Assembly: GCA_964016885.1 (NCBI GenBank)
Contig: OZ024741.1
Span: 381,486,001 to 381,550,000, forward strand
DNA: 64,000 bases
From: Eledone cirrhosa
Taxonomy: Eukaryota
Direction: 5' to 3'
Below are positions 1 to 11,600 of this stretch, in pieces. Within the stretch, counting starts at the first letter, position 1; each line of letters begins with the position of its first letter. The notes under the pieces are model-generated. The model ran no database searches and was not told where the DNA came from. It saw only the letters and a list, made by a program, of their open reading frames with translations. Both the position numbers and the translations under genes were made by a program.

Positions 1-141
1 CTCATACACACACATATATATACACAAACACACAAACATACATACACACACACAAACACGAATACACACACACTGTAAACAAGACAATGCAATCAATACA
101 GATGTTTTCTCTTCTGCCGGCCTTCTCTTATCATTTGTTAA

Positions 142-169
142 CCTTGGCGAAGCTGGGTACCTCAGCTAG
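142..169 (+). mobile_element. Helitron-like 3' terminus (imperfect hairpin + CTAG); second copy at 1460-1487
   Basis: 'ccttggcgaagctgggtacctcagCTAG|t' has the same layout as 'caggaaacgccgggtacttctgCTAG|t' at 31403-31428, and both are followed by (TA)n. Confidence 0.55.
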
Positions 170-429
170 TTATATATATATATATATATATATCTTGTGA
201 CGCTAAACTCCGCCAGTTGCAGACTGCGCATTAACATGTGATCTCTCTCTCCACAAAGTTCGATCACCAGCAGCAGAGTTCAAAGAGTAAAGATTAAGTT
301 CAGTACATAAATTGACATTATCAACCCATCGTTTTGGCTGTCGGCCTATGCTTCTCTTACGAGCCTACCTATATGTTTATATATATATACGTATGTACAT
401 ACATGCATATATACAAACGTACATACGTG

Positions 430-471
430 CATACATACATACATACATACATACATACATACATACATACA

Positions 472-502
<31 letters not shown>

Positions 503-524
503 TTACATACATACATACATACAT
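430..524 (+). repeat. (TACA)n microsatellite
   Basis: Read directly from the sequence. Confidence 0.95.
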
Positions 525-864
525 AGTGGCTGCCAACTCGTTTTCGCGTACGGCCACTACTTTATATCCATGTAGGAGAACCCCTACCGATGCACTGAAC
601 GAGTGTGAGTTTTTAGTCCAGCCAGCGACTTGAAAACTCTGGTACAAACACTACACTTGCGACAATTATTGACACATAGTGCTGGGCCCATGGTACCATG
701 TGACGACAAGTGCAGAGAGATCTCCAGATATAAAGCAATGCCTGTGCCGTGAAACTTTTATAGTGAGCAAAGGCACTGCACAAAGCCAGTCCCACTCTCT
801 TAACCAAGATGATATTTACCAAAAGGAAGAACAAGTCAACATCATTGGATATCATCAGGGTTTC

Positions 865-937
865 AGGTGTTATATCAGAGTTTTCCTTCTCCTAGAATTC
901 CGCGTTGACAAAGGCTAAGGGGTCATCTCTCCCGGAC
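865..937 (-). mobile_element. Degenerate RTE-5'-region-like / SINE-body remnant
   Basis: The minus strand reads 'ccttagcctttg...ctaggagaaggaaaactctgatataa', which resembles a motif I recall from RTE 5' regions and derived SINEs. This is recall only and was not aligned. Confidence 0.3.
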
Positions 938-1487
938 ATACATACATATATACTTTCGTACACACACACATATATATTCCAGGGAGGGTGGTGTAATCAG
1001 AGTCCTCAAGCACGCTTCCAGCGGCACCTTTCAGAAACTTTTGTAGTAATACCCTCATCTCCTAGCTCCCCACTCTATCTAGTAACGTTATTCCAAGGAT
1101 ACTTCCGAGGAATGTCTTTCGGTGATGCCTGACACGAATACCAAACTGAAGATAGAGTGTTTGGCTTTTAAATCTAACTCTTTTCGTCACATGACAGAAT
1201 GCTCAAGCTGTCATATTATTGCACCAGCATCTAAAATGTTGCACTTAATTTATCTTCCTGTCTTCCATCACAGAGGCACACACACACACACACACATATA
1301 TACACACACACGAAGACTCATACACACACACACACATATACACAAACACACAAACATACACACACACAAACAAACACGAATACACACACACTGTAAACAA
1401 GACAATGCATTCAATACAGATGTTTTCTCTTCTGCCGGTCTTCTCTTATCATTTGTTAACCATGGCGAAGCTGGGTACCTCAGCTAG

Positions 1488-1624
<137 letters not shown>

Positions 1625-1852
1625 CTTGTGATGCTAAACTCCGCCAGTTGCAGACTGCGCATTAACATGTGATGTCTCTCACCACAAAGTTCGATCACCA
1701 GCAGCAGAGTTCAAAGAGTAAAGATTAAGTCCAGTACATAAATTGACATTGTCAACCCATCGTTTTGGCTGTTGGCCTATGCTTCTCTTACGAGCCTACC
1801 TATATGTTTATATATATATACGTACGTAAATACATGCATATATACAAACGTG

Positions 1853-2810
1853 TTAACTGAACATCTCCACATGCTTCAGCGGAGCTCCACTCACATATAG
1901 CATGTCTTGCGCCGGTTTTCCCGATAGGATATGTTTCACAATCTTTGCAGAACTGATTTTCATTCTAGTCATGCAGCACTCAGCATCAAATCTATGAGGT
2001 GCATGTCCTAGATCAAATTCCTGCGAGTTAATTAGTACCATACCGTTTGCAAATTCCAGCATCGACTCTACACACACCAGACCTGAAATTTCCTTCGAAC
2101 ACATGTTAGTCATATCCACGGATATTATGAAGAGGAGAGGTGACATAAAGCACCCAGGGCTTAGTCCGATAACCATATGAAATGGATTCGAGTTTACACC
2201 ATTTATCTGAACAAATATATTAGGTACCGATGAAGGCGAATACAAGTAATGACAATCTTCCACGATTTCTCGAAGTCCTGCCGCATTGCAACTATTTGAT
2301 CAGAATTGCTGGGTCTACACAAGAAATTACATTTTTGTTCATCTAGTTTGAACACGGCAATATTCCTATATCTTTTTGCCAGACACATTGATTTAGCTAC
2401 GGGCACTTAAAAGGAATGTATCTATAAGCAGAATAATCTCTCTTGTCTCACATTTTGAAACTTGGAATCACCACTACTGATTGCTATTGCATAGGTGCCT
2501 TTCTAGAGATCCAGGCCTTCCAGATCACAAGAGTCAGAATTTGTCCTTATCAGAGGATTTGCCATATTTGAGCTCTATAATTATCTTCTGACCGGAGACT
2601 TCAAGAGGTTTGGCATGCCACCCAGAAACATCACATGTATATCAGATATTGCTATGACTAGCTTTAGGAGATCAGCAAATTGATCCCTCCATTTCGTGAG
2701 CGTGCACTTCTCTAAAGACGAAAGAACCCCAGACGCGTTCCTGATAGCAGGCGTGAAGGGGTAATTGTTATTTCGAAATCGGCAGATGGTCAGCCAGAAT
2801 ACTTTATTTG
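1853..2810 (-). pseudogene. Old degenerate RTE-like LINE reverse transcriptase fragment
   Basis: ORF pieces 2203-2406 (LDEQKCNF..SDQIVAMRQDFEKSW, resembling EQCGFR..DQIF.LRQI.EK.WE) and 1853-2263 (GLSPGCFMSPLLFII, resembling GLRQGC.LSPLLF; LEFANGMVL, resembling LLFADD.VL). The upper boundary is approximate. Confidence 0.7.
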
Positions 2811-2840
2811 TTCATCTAATTCGGATTATGACTTAAAATC

Positions 2841-2992
2841 ATTGGGGAATTTTTGATTGTTATTTTTTTTGTTACATCTTCTGTTTTGGTTTTTACACGC
2901 AGAAATGCCCATTTGTACCGTCCTGTATTGTCCTGTATTGTCCTGTACTTAATGTCTACTTTATGTAAACCCTTGTGGTTAATAAAGAAAGC
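2841..2992 (+). mobile_element. Tx1-like LINE (subfamily T1), 3'-UTR-only fragment
   Basis: Matches the 3' end of 13264-18780 ('attggggaattt...cgcagaaatgcccatttgtaccgtcctgtattgtcc...ggttaataaagaaa') and is followed by (TTA)n. Confidence 0.9.
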
Positions 2993-3010
2993 ATTATTAT
3001 TATTATTATT

Positions 3011-3053
3011 AATGCACTGGGTAATTGCTGGCCTTGTGCCAAAAGTAGAAACA
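3011..3053 (+). mobile_element. 3' end of a tRNA-derived SINE between two (TTA)n tracts
   Basis: 'aattgctggccttgtgccaaaagtagaaaca' is the near-exact reverse complement of 56166-56196, the end of a SINE with a B box. Confidence 0.7.
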
Positions 3054-3071
3054 ATTATTATTATTATTATT

Positions 3072-6000
3072 CTTTGAGTGTCAGTCATTGATGTTAGTTA
3101 ACTGGAAAGTTTGTTGAAATGAATATCAAGCCACTACCTGCAGCCTCAGATATTCAGGACGTATCGTGGGTTCTTGCTGTTCCCAGCGATGATGCCTTTT
3201 GAAGTGTTCCAAAAAGCGGGTCGGGGCCAATTGTCTTTAACCATCCTTGGAAACTCTTTGAGATAGTACCTAGTGCGCCTATGACAATCGGGACCACTTT
3301 GACTTCATGGCAGTTCCAAATCCTCTTTACCTCCCACTTTAAGTCCTGGTATCGGTTAATTTTCTCCCTCTCCTTCTCGTGCACTCCGGTGTCGCATGGG
3401 CAGGCCACATCCACAATCAGGCACGATCTTTTTTCCTTGTCCAAAACCACCAGGTCAGGTCTATTGTGTTCCAGTTTTTTGTCCGTCTGTATCCTTAAAT
3501 CCCATAGCACCTTCACCTGATTGTTTTATATCACTGACTCTGGTTTATGCACATACCACTTCTCAGAATGTGGTAAATTGTTTACTTTGCATAGGTGCTT
3601 GTGGATCACACTGCCAATCACATCATGTCTCCAGCCTTTATAGTGGGTCTGGGCTAGGTGTTTACACTCGGATACAATGTGAGCCACAGTCTACTCTCTC
3701 TCTCTCCACAGATCCTGCACAGTGGGCTAGCCTCCTCCTTGTAAATATGGTGTTTCAGCCACTTGGTTTTGAGGGTCTGCTCTTGCGCAGCCTTTAGCAT
3801 TCTTTCTGTAGCCTTTTTTAAGTTGCCCTCTTTTCAACCAGTTCCATGTCTGTGGATCTCTGAATTCAGCTTTCTCAAAGAAGGTACTATGAAGGGATTT
3901 TTGATGAAGGTTGCTCTTCCTCCTTGTTGTTATTTCCTCCTTGGACATCCCCTGGTCTATTGTCCTCACCTTCACTACAATTCTGAGCATTGGCTCCCTA
4001 CTGTCAGTCACGTATTTGTGTAATTTGTTTTTCTCTATCTGAACACAGTCCTCTATGCTGATAAGACCTCTTCCACCTTCAGATCTCCTTAAGTAGAGTC
4101 TATCGACATCACTCCTCTTGTGGAACATGTTGCAGATAGTCAATAGCTTCCTAGTCTTCCTATCCATTTCTTTTTGTTCAGCAACATTCCATCTCAGAAT
4201 TCCCGCACTGTACCTAATAATAGACACAGCTCGGGAATTTACTGCACTTATGGCATCGCTACTGTTCAGATGTGACTTTAATACGCTCCTTACTCTCCAA
4301 ATGTATTCAGTTCTTATCAATTCCTTCATCTTTTTGTTCTTGATGTCATTAGCCTCCAGAATACCCAAACACTTGTATCCTTCTTCAGTGTCAATTTCCG
4401 TTATCATCTCACCTGTTGGTACCTGGATTCCGTTACTTCTGCTCAACTTACCCCTCCTCATCACAATGACTCCACACTTACTAATACCAAATTGCATACA
4501 TATATCATTGCTGAAAATACGGACAGTGTAAACAAGCACACCCAACTCCTTTGCACTCTTCCCGAAGAGCTTAAGATCGTCCATGAAGAGCAGTTGATTG
4601 ATGGTAAGCTCTCCCTTTCCCTACTTGTATCCTGCTCTCACTTTTCGAAGTATAATTGTCAGGGGCATCAGAGCAAGGACAAACAACAGAGGGGACAGAC
4701 TATCTCCCTGGAAGATACATCTCTTGATCTTCACGCCTCCCAAGGATTCTCCAGCTGATGTTAACTCTGTTTTCCAGGACTTCATACTTTTGCTCAACAA
4801 CTGTCGGATGTTATCTGCCACCTTGAAGATCTCAAGGCTTTTGTAGATCCAAGAGTGAGGCACCATGTCAGATGCATTTTTGTAGTCTATCCATCCTATG
4901 GCAAGACCAGTGTGTCTCCTCTTGCAATTCCTCATTACCATCTTATCAATAAGTAACTGGTCCTTTGTACCACGGGACTTCTTTCGGCATCCTTTCTGTT
5001 CGTCCGGTAACAAGTTCTTTGTGTGGAGGTGATGGTAGATTTCCTCAGACACAATGCTTGTCAACAGTTTCCACATTACGGACAGACATGTGATAGGTCT
5101 ATAGTTGGTAACATCATTACCCTTCATTTGGTCTTTCATTACCAGAACTGTGGTACCTTTTGTCAACCACTCTGGTACCTCACCTGTCATCAAGCAGTCA
5201 TTGAACATGGTTGTCAGTTTCGGGTGGAGGGATGTTATATTTTTAATCCAATACCCCTGCACACCATCTGGGCCTGGTGATTTCCAGTTGTTTAGTTTTT
5301 TGGCCTGCCCTTTAAGAGTTTCAACTGTGATACTCAAATCAGTTTGTTGGTGTGCCTGTTCCCTATCTCCTTTTGTACTGTCTCAATCCACACTGCCTGG
5401 TCATTATGTTCAAGATCCTGCTCCCATATTCCTCTCCAGAATGTCTTAGTTTGTTCCGCCTCAGGGATCAAGTCGTTGCCTCTTTCTTTCCCTTCATGCT
5501 GTCCAAACAACATCTTCTGGTTGTTGTCAAACATGCGGTTCAGTCTATACTGACTTACTCTGCTCTGGGATCGCCTAAATTTTGCACTATTTGCTACAAT
5601 GCGTTGCTTCAGTTCCTCTATGATAATATTTAGCTTTTTCCTCCTAGTTTTGTACTTTATTTCCAGTTTATTTTTAGGGTCTATGTTTTTTAGTGTCCGA
5701 TTCAGTAGGAACTCAAGCTTTCCAATGTCATTTCTCATTTCCCTGATTTGATCATTCAATCGTTTCTTCCACCAAGCTTCTGATCTTTCTTGTTTGTTGT
5801 TTCCTCTCGCTTTTATGCCAAGTAATTTCCTCACCTCATTTGCTGTTGCTTTGAGGATATTGTTGCACTGGTGAAGGTTCCTCACCTGAAGGTGTGGGAT
5901 GACTTTGTTTACCATAGCTGTTGTTTCTTTTAACTTTTTCCTGTCTACAAATCCTAGGTTCATAGGTCTCCCACTATCATTGTTCATTTCATCTACCACT

Positions 6001-7437
6001 AAGTTTAGGATATCAACCAAATCTTGTCCTAGCCCGTCAGCATTCATATCCTCAATGACCGTATCTTTGTTCCAGGTATTATTTATTTCAGCATTCAGAT
6101 CATTGTCTGATTCGGATGGTTCCTCCGTTCTCTCAACCTCTTCACCTTCATTTCCCACTGGCTCGTTTGCCTGGCATACGCCACTCTCCATTTCCAATCT
6201 AATGTCTCTTCTCAGTTGCTCCAGTTCCAGCTCGCTTATCCACCCATTAGTTCTTATTACCCGAGCCTGCCCGGCCAATTTTTGTTCATCTAATTTGAAT
6301 AGACCAATCTCGTTCCAGATGTTATGCATCCGTTTCCTATAGCCTTTCTCCTTGGGGTTACTCTTCAGGTAACATAGCATAACAGTTCTATTCAATTCTT
6401 TCGTCCAGTTGGTTCTGGTCCCTTTCCTTCTTCTTCTTCCTCCGACACCAGCAGTATTTGGTTGACAGCCAGGTCCCTGCTGCTGAGCCAGGGAGCACCT
6501 GCTGGGTGAGAGTCTGTCACATGACACTCCAGTCTCCACTTCACCGTTATTCGAACTGTTTAGGTTCGACATTTAAACACTCTTATCGAGGATTGGTGAA
6601 TGTATGGTTACATAACCACCGGTTATTTCATCAACCCCGGTGATTTTAGTGTGGCACTATCACGCCGTAGACGAACATAAATAAACAAACAAATAGGTAA
6701 AACAAAAAAAAAAAAGAATAAGCATCAGTTTCATTGTCTGAATAACTGACTTAGTTTTTTTTTTCCTTCTCTGTCTGTCTGTTTGTTTCTCTTTTCTTTA
6801 CGTTTTTCGTTGCTGCCGTGCTGTTTTGACTTTCATTTTTGTTTTTTTCATTTTTTGACCGGGTCATCAAATCAGTCTATTTATATCTTTTGATGCCTTC
6901 CTCTTTTAGTGGGGGTAATACGATTCCTGTCTTAGCAGGATGTAGTGGGAGAGAATAGCGGCGATAGCGATAAGGAGGCAGTGGTGGTGGTGGTAGTGGT
7001 GCTGTGCTAGTAGTACTTAGGAGGAGGTAGTGGGAGAGAATAGCTGCGGTAGCGATAATGAGGCAGTGGTGGTGGTGATGTGATCGTAGTACTGTAGTGA
7101 TAGTGTTGAATTTGAAGTAGAAATAGAATTTGAGGTAACTTGACTAGAGTTTTTGGCGTGGTAATGGTGGCGGTGGCGGTGGTGGTGTTGGTGGTGAAAT
7201 TATTTAGCCATTTTGCCATTTTCCTCTTTTTCGACTATAACATCTCTGATCCAAAATTAATATTAAATATTGGAGCCCTATGCCGTAATGTGATGCGTTG
7301 TGGCTTGCTGAGCGTAAAAATGTAATCTTATAGTTCATTTGTTATAGGAATTATTCTATCACAGTTGTTTTAAATAAGTAAAAATCAAAAACTTACGGGA
7401 GCGATTCCATAACGATATATCCACCATGTGCGTTTTC
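3072..7437 (-). mobile_element. R4/Dong-like RLE non-LTR retrotransposon, family F1 copy A, full length but disrupted
   Basis: ORF pieces 5334-6572 (N-terminal WTKELN..CY..S.P..GY motif), 4621-5337 (KSPGPDG, YRPITCL, IFQGDSLSPLLF), 3727-4584 (MDDLKLF) and 3154-3516 (RPDLVV..IVDVACP..EKINRYQDL, RLE). (TAA)n flanks both ends, and the 5' end is shared with copy B. Confidence 0.9.

Positions 7438-7480
<43 letters not shown>
7438..7480 (+). repeat. (TTA)n spacer/target tract
   Basis: Read directly. Equivalent tracts lie at 2993-3010, 3054-3071, 8660-8688, 13223-13263, 18781-18806, 24747-24783, 33618-33631, 38220-38251, 39507-39521, 42358-42410, 42792-42812, 48670-48692, 48813-48866, 54089-54129, 56754-56787 and 61466-61509. 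Confidence 0.95.
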
Positions 7481-7482
<2 letters not shown>

Positions 7483-8659
7483 AGCTGCATTTATCTTGCT
7501 TTATGTTCATACGAGTTATCACCAAGTCTCAACCAGTGACCTCAAGAGACAACAAGGTCCGCCATGTTCAAGAAAGAACATACATACTCACACATGCATT
7601 TCTAGGTGTTTAGACTTGTGATGTACTTATATTGACAGAATCTTCCACAGTATATGGACAGTTCCCATTAGTACTATCTTTTGTATTTCTCCTATACGTG
7701 GGTTTCCTGGGATTTGCGATAAGTAATCATTAGACACATTAGGTATCGTTCCTAGAGCGCCTACAACCACTGGTATTGTTTTAGTTCTCAATTTCCACAT
7801 TTTTCCAATTTCTATCTCCAGGTCCTTATACTTGCACAATTTTTCAAATGATTTTATAGATACATTCTTGTCTATTGGAACGAACATATCAATTAGCAGG
7901 CATACCCTCTTTTTAAAGTCCTTCAGTATTATATCAGGTCTATTTGCATCTATGTTTCGGTCTGTTTAGATGCTAAAGTTCCACAAGATTGAAATGTGAT
8001 CTTTTCATGTATGGGAGGTGGTTGATGCTCCCACCAATTCTTTTGATGGGGCAGGTCAAAATGCTTACACATTATCCAATGTATGTATTGTGCAGATCTG
8101 TCATGCCTATTTAGGTATTCGGTTGAAGCTATAGGACTGCACATTGAAATTATATGATCAATGGACTCTGGTTGTTTTTTACATACACGGCATGCTGGGC
8201 TGCATCCATTTTTTATTATGTTGGGTTGGTAATTTTTTGTTGGCAGACACTGATCTTGTGCTGCTATAATCAGTCCTTCAGTCTCCGATTTCAGTCCAGA
8301 GGATCCCAACCTCTGATGGGTTAAAGTGTTGTCAACATCAGGATTGTTAGCTCGTTCTGGGTATTTTCAATACAGAGGCTATTCTTGCCATTTCTTAGCC
8401 AGTTTCTGTAGCAGTGTTTTCTTTGCGGTTACTTTTACCTGCTTTGTTTTTCTGTGTTTTCCATTTCAGCAGTAAATCGGACTTCTGAAATGTTGTCCAT
8501 TACTGTATCTTTGTGCACCTTTTGTAATGGAGTATGATCTATTGATGCTTTCGTGTTTCAAAACGAGTTTGATCATCCAATCATGTGATTCCCTTAGATA
8601 TCGAGATAATCCAATTGTTGCAGTTTTCAATGCAATATCTATCTGGATTAACCCACGTC
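7481..8659 (-). mobile_element. R4/Dong-like family F2, 5'-truncated (CCHC + RLE + 3' UTR)
   Basis: ORFs 7950-8309 (LKSETEGLIIAAQDQ, CRVCKKQPESIDHIISMC, RHD) and 7627-7887 (EK..KYKDL..IPVVVGALG). The 3' UTR matches 39522 and 48693. Confidence 0.9.
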
Positions 8660-8688
8660 TTATTATTATTATTATTATTGTTGTTATT

Positions 8689-11600
8689 CCTTGAATCTCA
8701 GTCATTGATGTTGGTTAACTGGAAAGTCCGTTGGATTGAATATCAAGCCACTACCTGCGCCTCAGATATTCAGGACGTATCGGAGGGTTCTTGCTGTTAC
8801 CAGCAAGCATGCCTTTTGAAGCGTTCCAAAACGCGTGAAGGGGCCGACTTTCTTTAACCATCCCTGGAAACTTTTGGAGATAGTCCCCAGTGCGCCTATG
8901 ACAATCGGGATCACTTTGACTTCATGGCAGTTCCAAATCCTTTTCACCTCCCACTTTAGGTCCTGGTATCGGTTAATTTTCTCCCTCTCCTTCTCTTGCA
9001 CTCTCGTGTCGAAAGGGCAGGCCACATCCACAATCAGACACGATCTTTTTTCTTTGTCCACAACCACTAGGTCAGGTCTATTGTGTTCCAGTTTTTTGTC
9101 CGTCTGTATCCTAAAATCCCACCGCATCTTCACCTGATTGTTCTCCATCACCGCCTCTGGCCTATGCTCATACCATTTCTCAGAATGTGGTAAATTGTTT
9201 ACTTTGCACAGGTGTCAGTGGATCACCCTGCCCATCACATCGCGTCTCCAGCCCTTATAGTGGGTCTGGGCTAGGTGTTTACACTCGGACACAATGTGAG
9301 CCACAGTCTCCTATCTCTCTCCACAGAACCTGCACAGTGGGCTAGCCTCCTACTTGTAAATATGGTGCTTCAACCACTTCGTTTTGAGGGCCTGCTCCTG
9401 CGAAGCCATTAGCATTCCTTCTGTATCCTTTTTGAGGTATCCTCTTCTCAACCAGTTCCATGTCTGTGGATCTCTAAATTCAGTTTTCTCAAAGAAGGTA
9501 CTATGAAGGGATGTTCCCTTAAGGCTGCTCTTCCTCCTTGATGTTATTTCCTCCTTGGACATCCCCTGGCCTACTGTCCCCTCCTTCAGTACAGTTCTGA
9601 GCATTGGCTCCTTACTATAGGTCACGTATTTGTATAGGTTGTTTTTCTCCATCTGAACACAGTCCTCTATGCTGATAAAACCTCTTCCACCCTCAGATCT
9701 CCTTAGGTAGAGTCTATCGACATCACTGCTCTTGTGGAACATGTTGTAGATAGTCAATAGCTTCCTAGTCTTCCTATCCATTTCTTTTTGTTCAGCAACA
9801 TTCCATCTCAGAATTCCCGCACTGTACCTAATAATAGACACAGCTCGGGAATTTACTGCGCTTATGGCATTTCTGCTGTTCAGATGTGACTTCAATACGC
9901 TCCTTACTCTCCGAATGTATTCAGTTCTTAACAATTCCTTCATGTTTTTGTTCTTTATGCCATCAGCCTCCAGAACGCCCACATACTTGTATCCTTCCTC
10001 AGAGTCAATTTCCTTTATCATCTCACCTGTTGGTATCTGGATCCCGTTACTTCTGGTCAACCTACCCCTCCTCATCACAATGACTCCACATTTACTAATA
10101 CCAAACTGCATACATATATCACTGCTGAAAATACGGACAGTGTCAACAAGCACATCCAACTCCTTCTCACTCTTCCCGAAGAGCTTAAGATCGTCCATGA
10201 AGAGGAGGTTATTGATGGTAAGCTCTCCCTTTCCCAACTTGTATCCTGCTCTCACTTTTCGCAGCATAATGGTCAAGGACATCAGGGCAAGGACAAACAA
10301 CAGAGGGGACAGGCTATCTCCCTGGAAGATACCTCTCTTGATCTTCACGCTTCCCAAGGATACTCCAGTTGATGTCAACTCTGTCTCCCAGGACCCCATA
10401 CTCCTGCCCAGCAACTGTCTGATGTTATCTGCCACCCTGAAGATCTCTAGGCTTTTGGTGATCCAAGAATGAGGCACCATGTCAAATGCCTTTCTGTAGT
10501 CTATCCATCCCATGGCAAGATCAGTGTGTCTCCTCCTGCAATTCCCCATTACCATCTTATCAATAAGTAACTGGTCCTTTGTACCACGTGACTTCTTTCG
10601 GCTTCCTTTCTGTTCGTCCGGTAACAAGTTGTTTGTGTGGAGGTGATGGTAGATTTCCTCAGACACAATGCTCGTCAACTGTTTCCACATTACGGACAGA
10701 CATGTGATAGGTCTATAGTTGGTAACATCATTACCCTTGATTCGGTCTTTCATTATCAGAACTGTGGTACCTTTTGTCAACCACACTGGCACCTCACCCG
10801 ACACCAAGCAGTCATTGAACATGACCGTCAGCTTCGGGTGGAGGGATGTTAAATGTTTAATCCAATACCCCTGCACACCATCTGGGCCTGGTGATTTCCA
10901 GTTGGTTAGTTTTTTGGCCTGCCCCTTAAGAGTTTCAACTGTGATACTCAAATCAGTTTGTTGGTGTGCCTGCTCACCGATCTCCCTCTGTACTGTCTCA
11001 ATCCACCCTGCCTGGACATTATGTCTAACATCCTGCTCCCATATTCCTCTCCAGAATGTTTTAGTTTGCTCCGCCCCAGGGATCAAGTCGTTGCCTCTTT
11101 CTTTCCCTTCGAGCTGTCCAAACAGCATCTTCTGCTTGTTGTCGAACATGCGGTTCTGTTTATACTGACTGACTCTGTTCTCGTATCGCCTGATTTTTGC
11201 AATATTTCCTACAATGCGTTGCTTCAGTTCCTCTATGATAATATTTAGCTTTTTCCTCCTAGTTTTGTACTTTATTTCCAGTCTATTTTTAGTGCCTATG
11301 TTTTTTAGTGTCCCATTCAGTAGTGACTCAAGCTTTCCTATGTCATTTCTCATTTCCCCGATTTGACCACTCAGTCGTTTCTTCCACCAAGGCTCTGCTC
11401 TTTCTTGTCTGTTGTTTCCTCTCGCTTTTATACCAAGTAGTTTCCTCACCGTCTTTGCTGTTGCTTTGAGGATATTGTTGCACTGGTGAAGGCTCCTCGC
11501 CTCAAGGTATGGGATGACTTTGTTTACCTTAGCTGTTGTTTCTTTTAACTTTTTCCTGTCTACAAATCTTAGGTTCATAGGTCTCCCACTATCATTGTTC

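Noticed and set aside
865-937. HDV-like ribozyme of RTE 5' UTR type
   Set aside because: The segment is degenerate and I could not build the nested double pseudoknot. An Infernal or RNArobo search would decide.
9215-9352. Programmed readthrough or RNA-editing rescue of the TAG/TGA stops in R4 copy B
   Set aside because: The stops are not at shared positions in copies A and D, and GAG>TAG cannot be restored to Glu by A-to-I editing. Ordinary decay is the simpler explanation.
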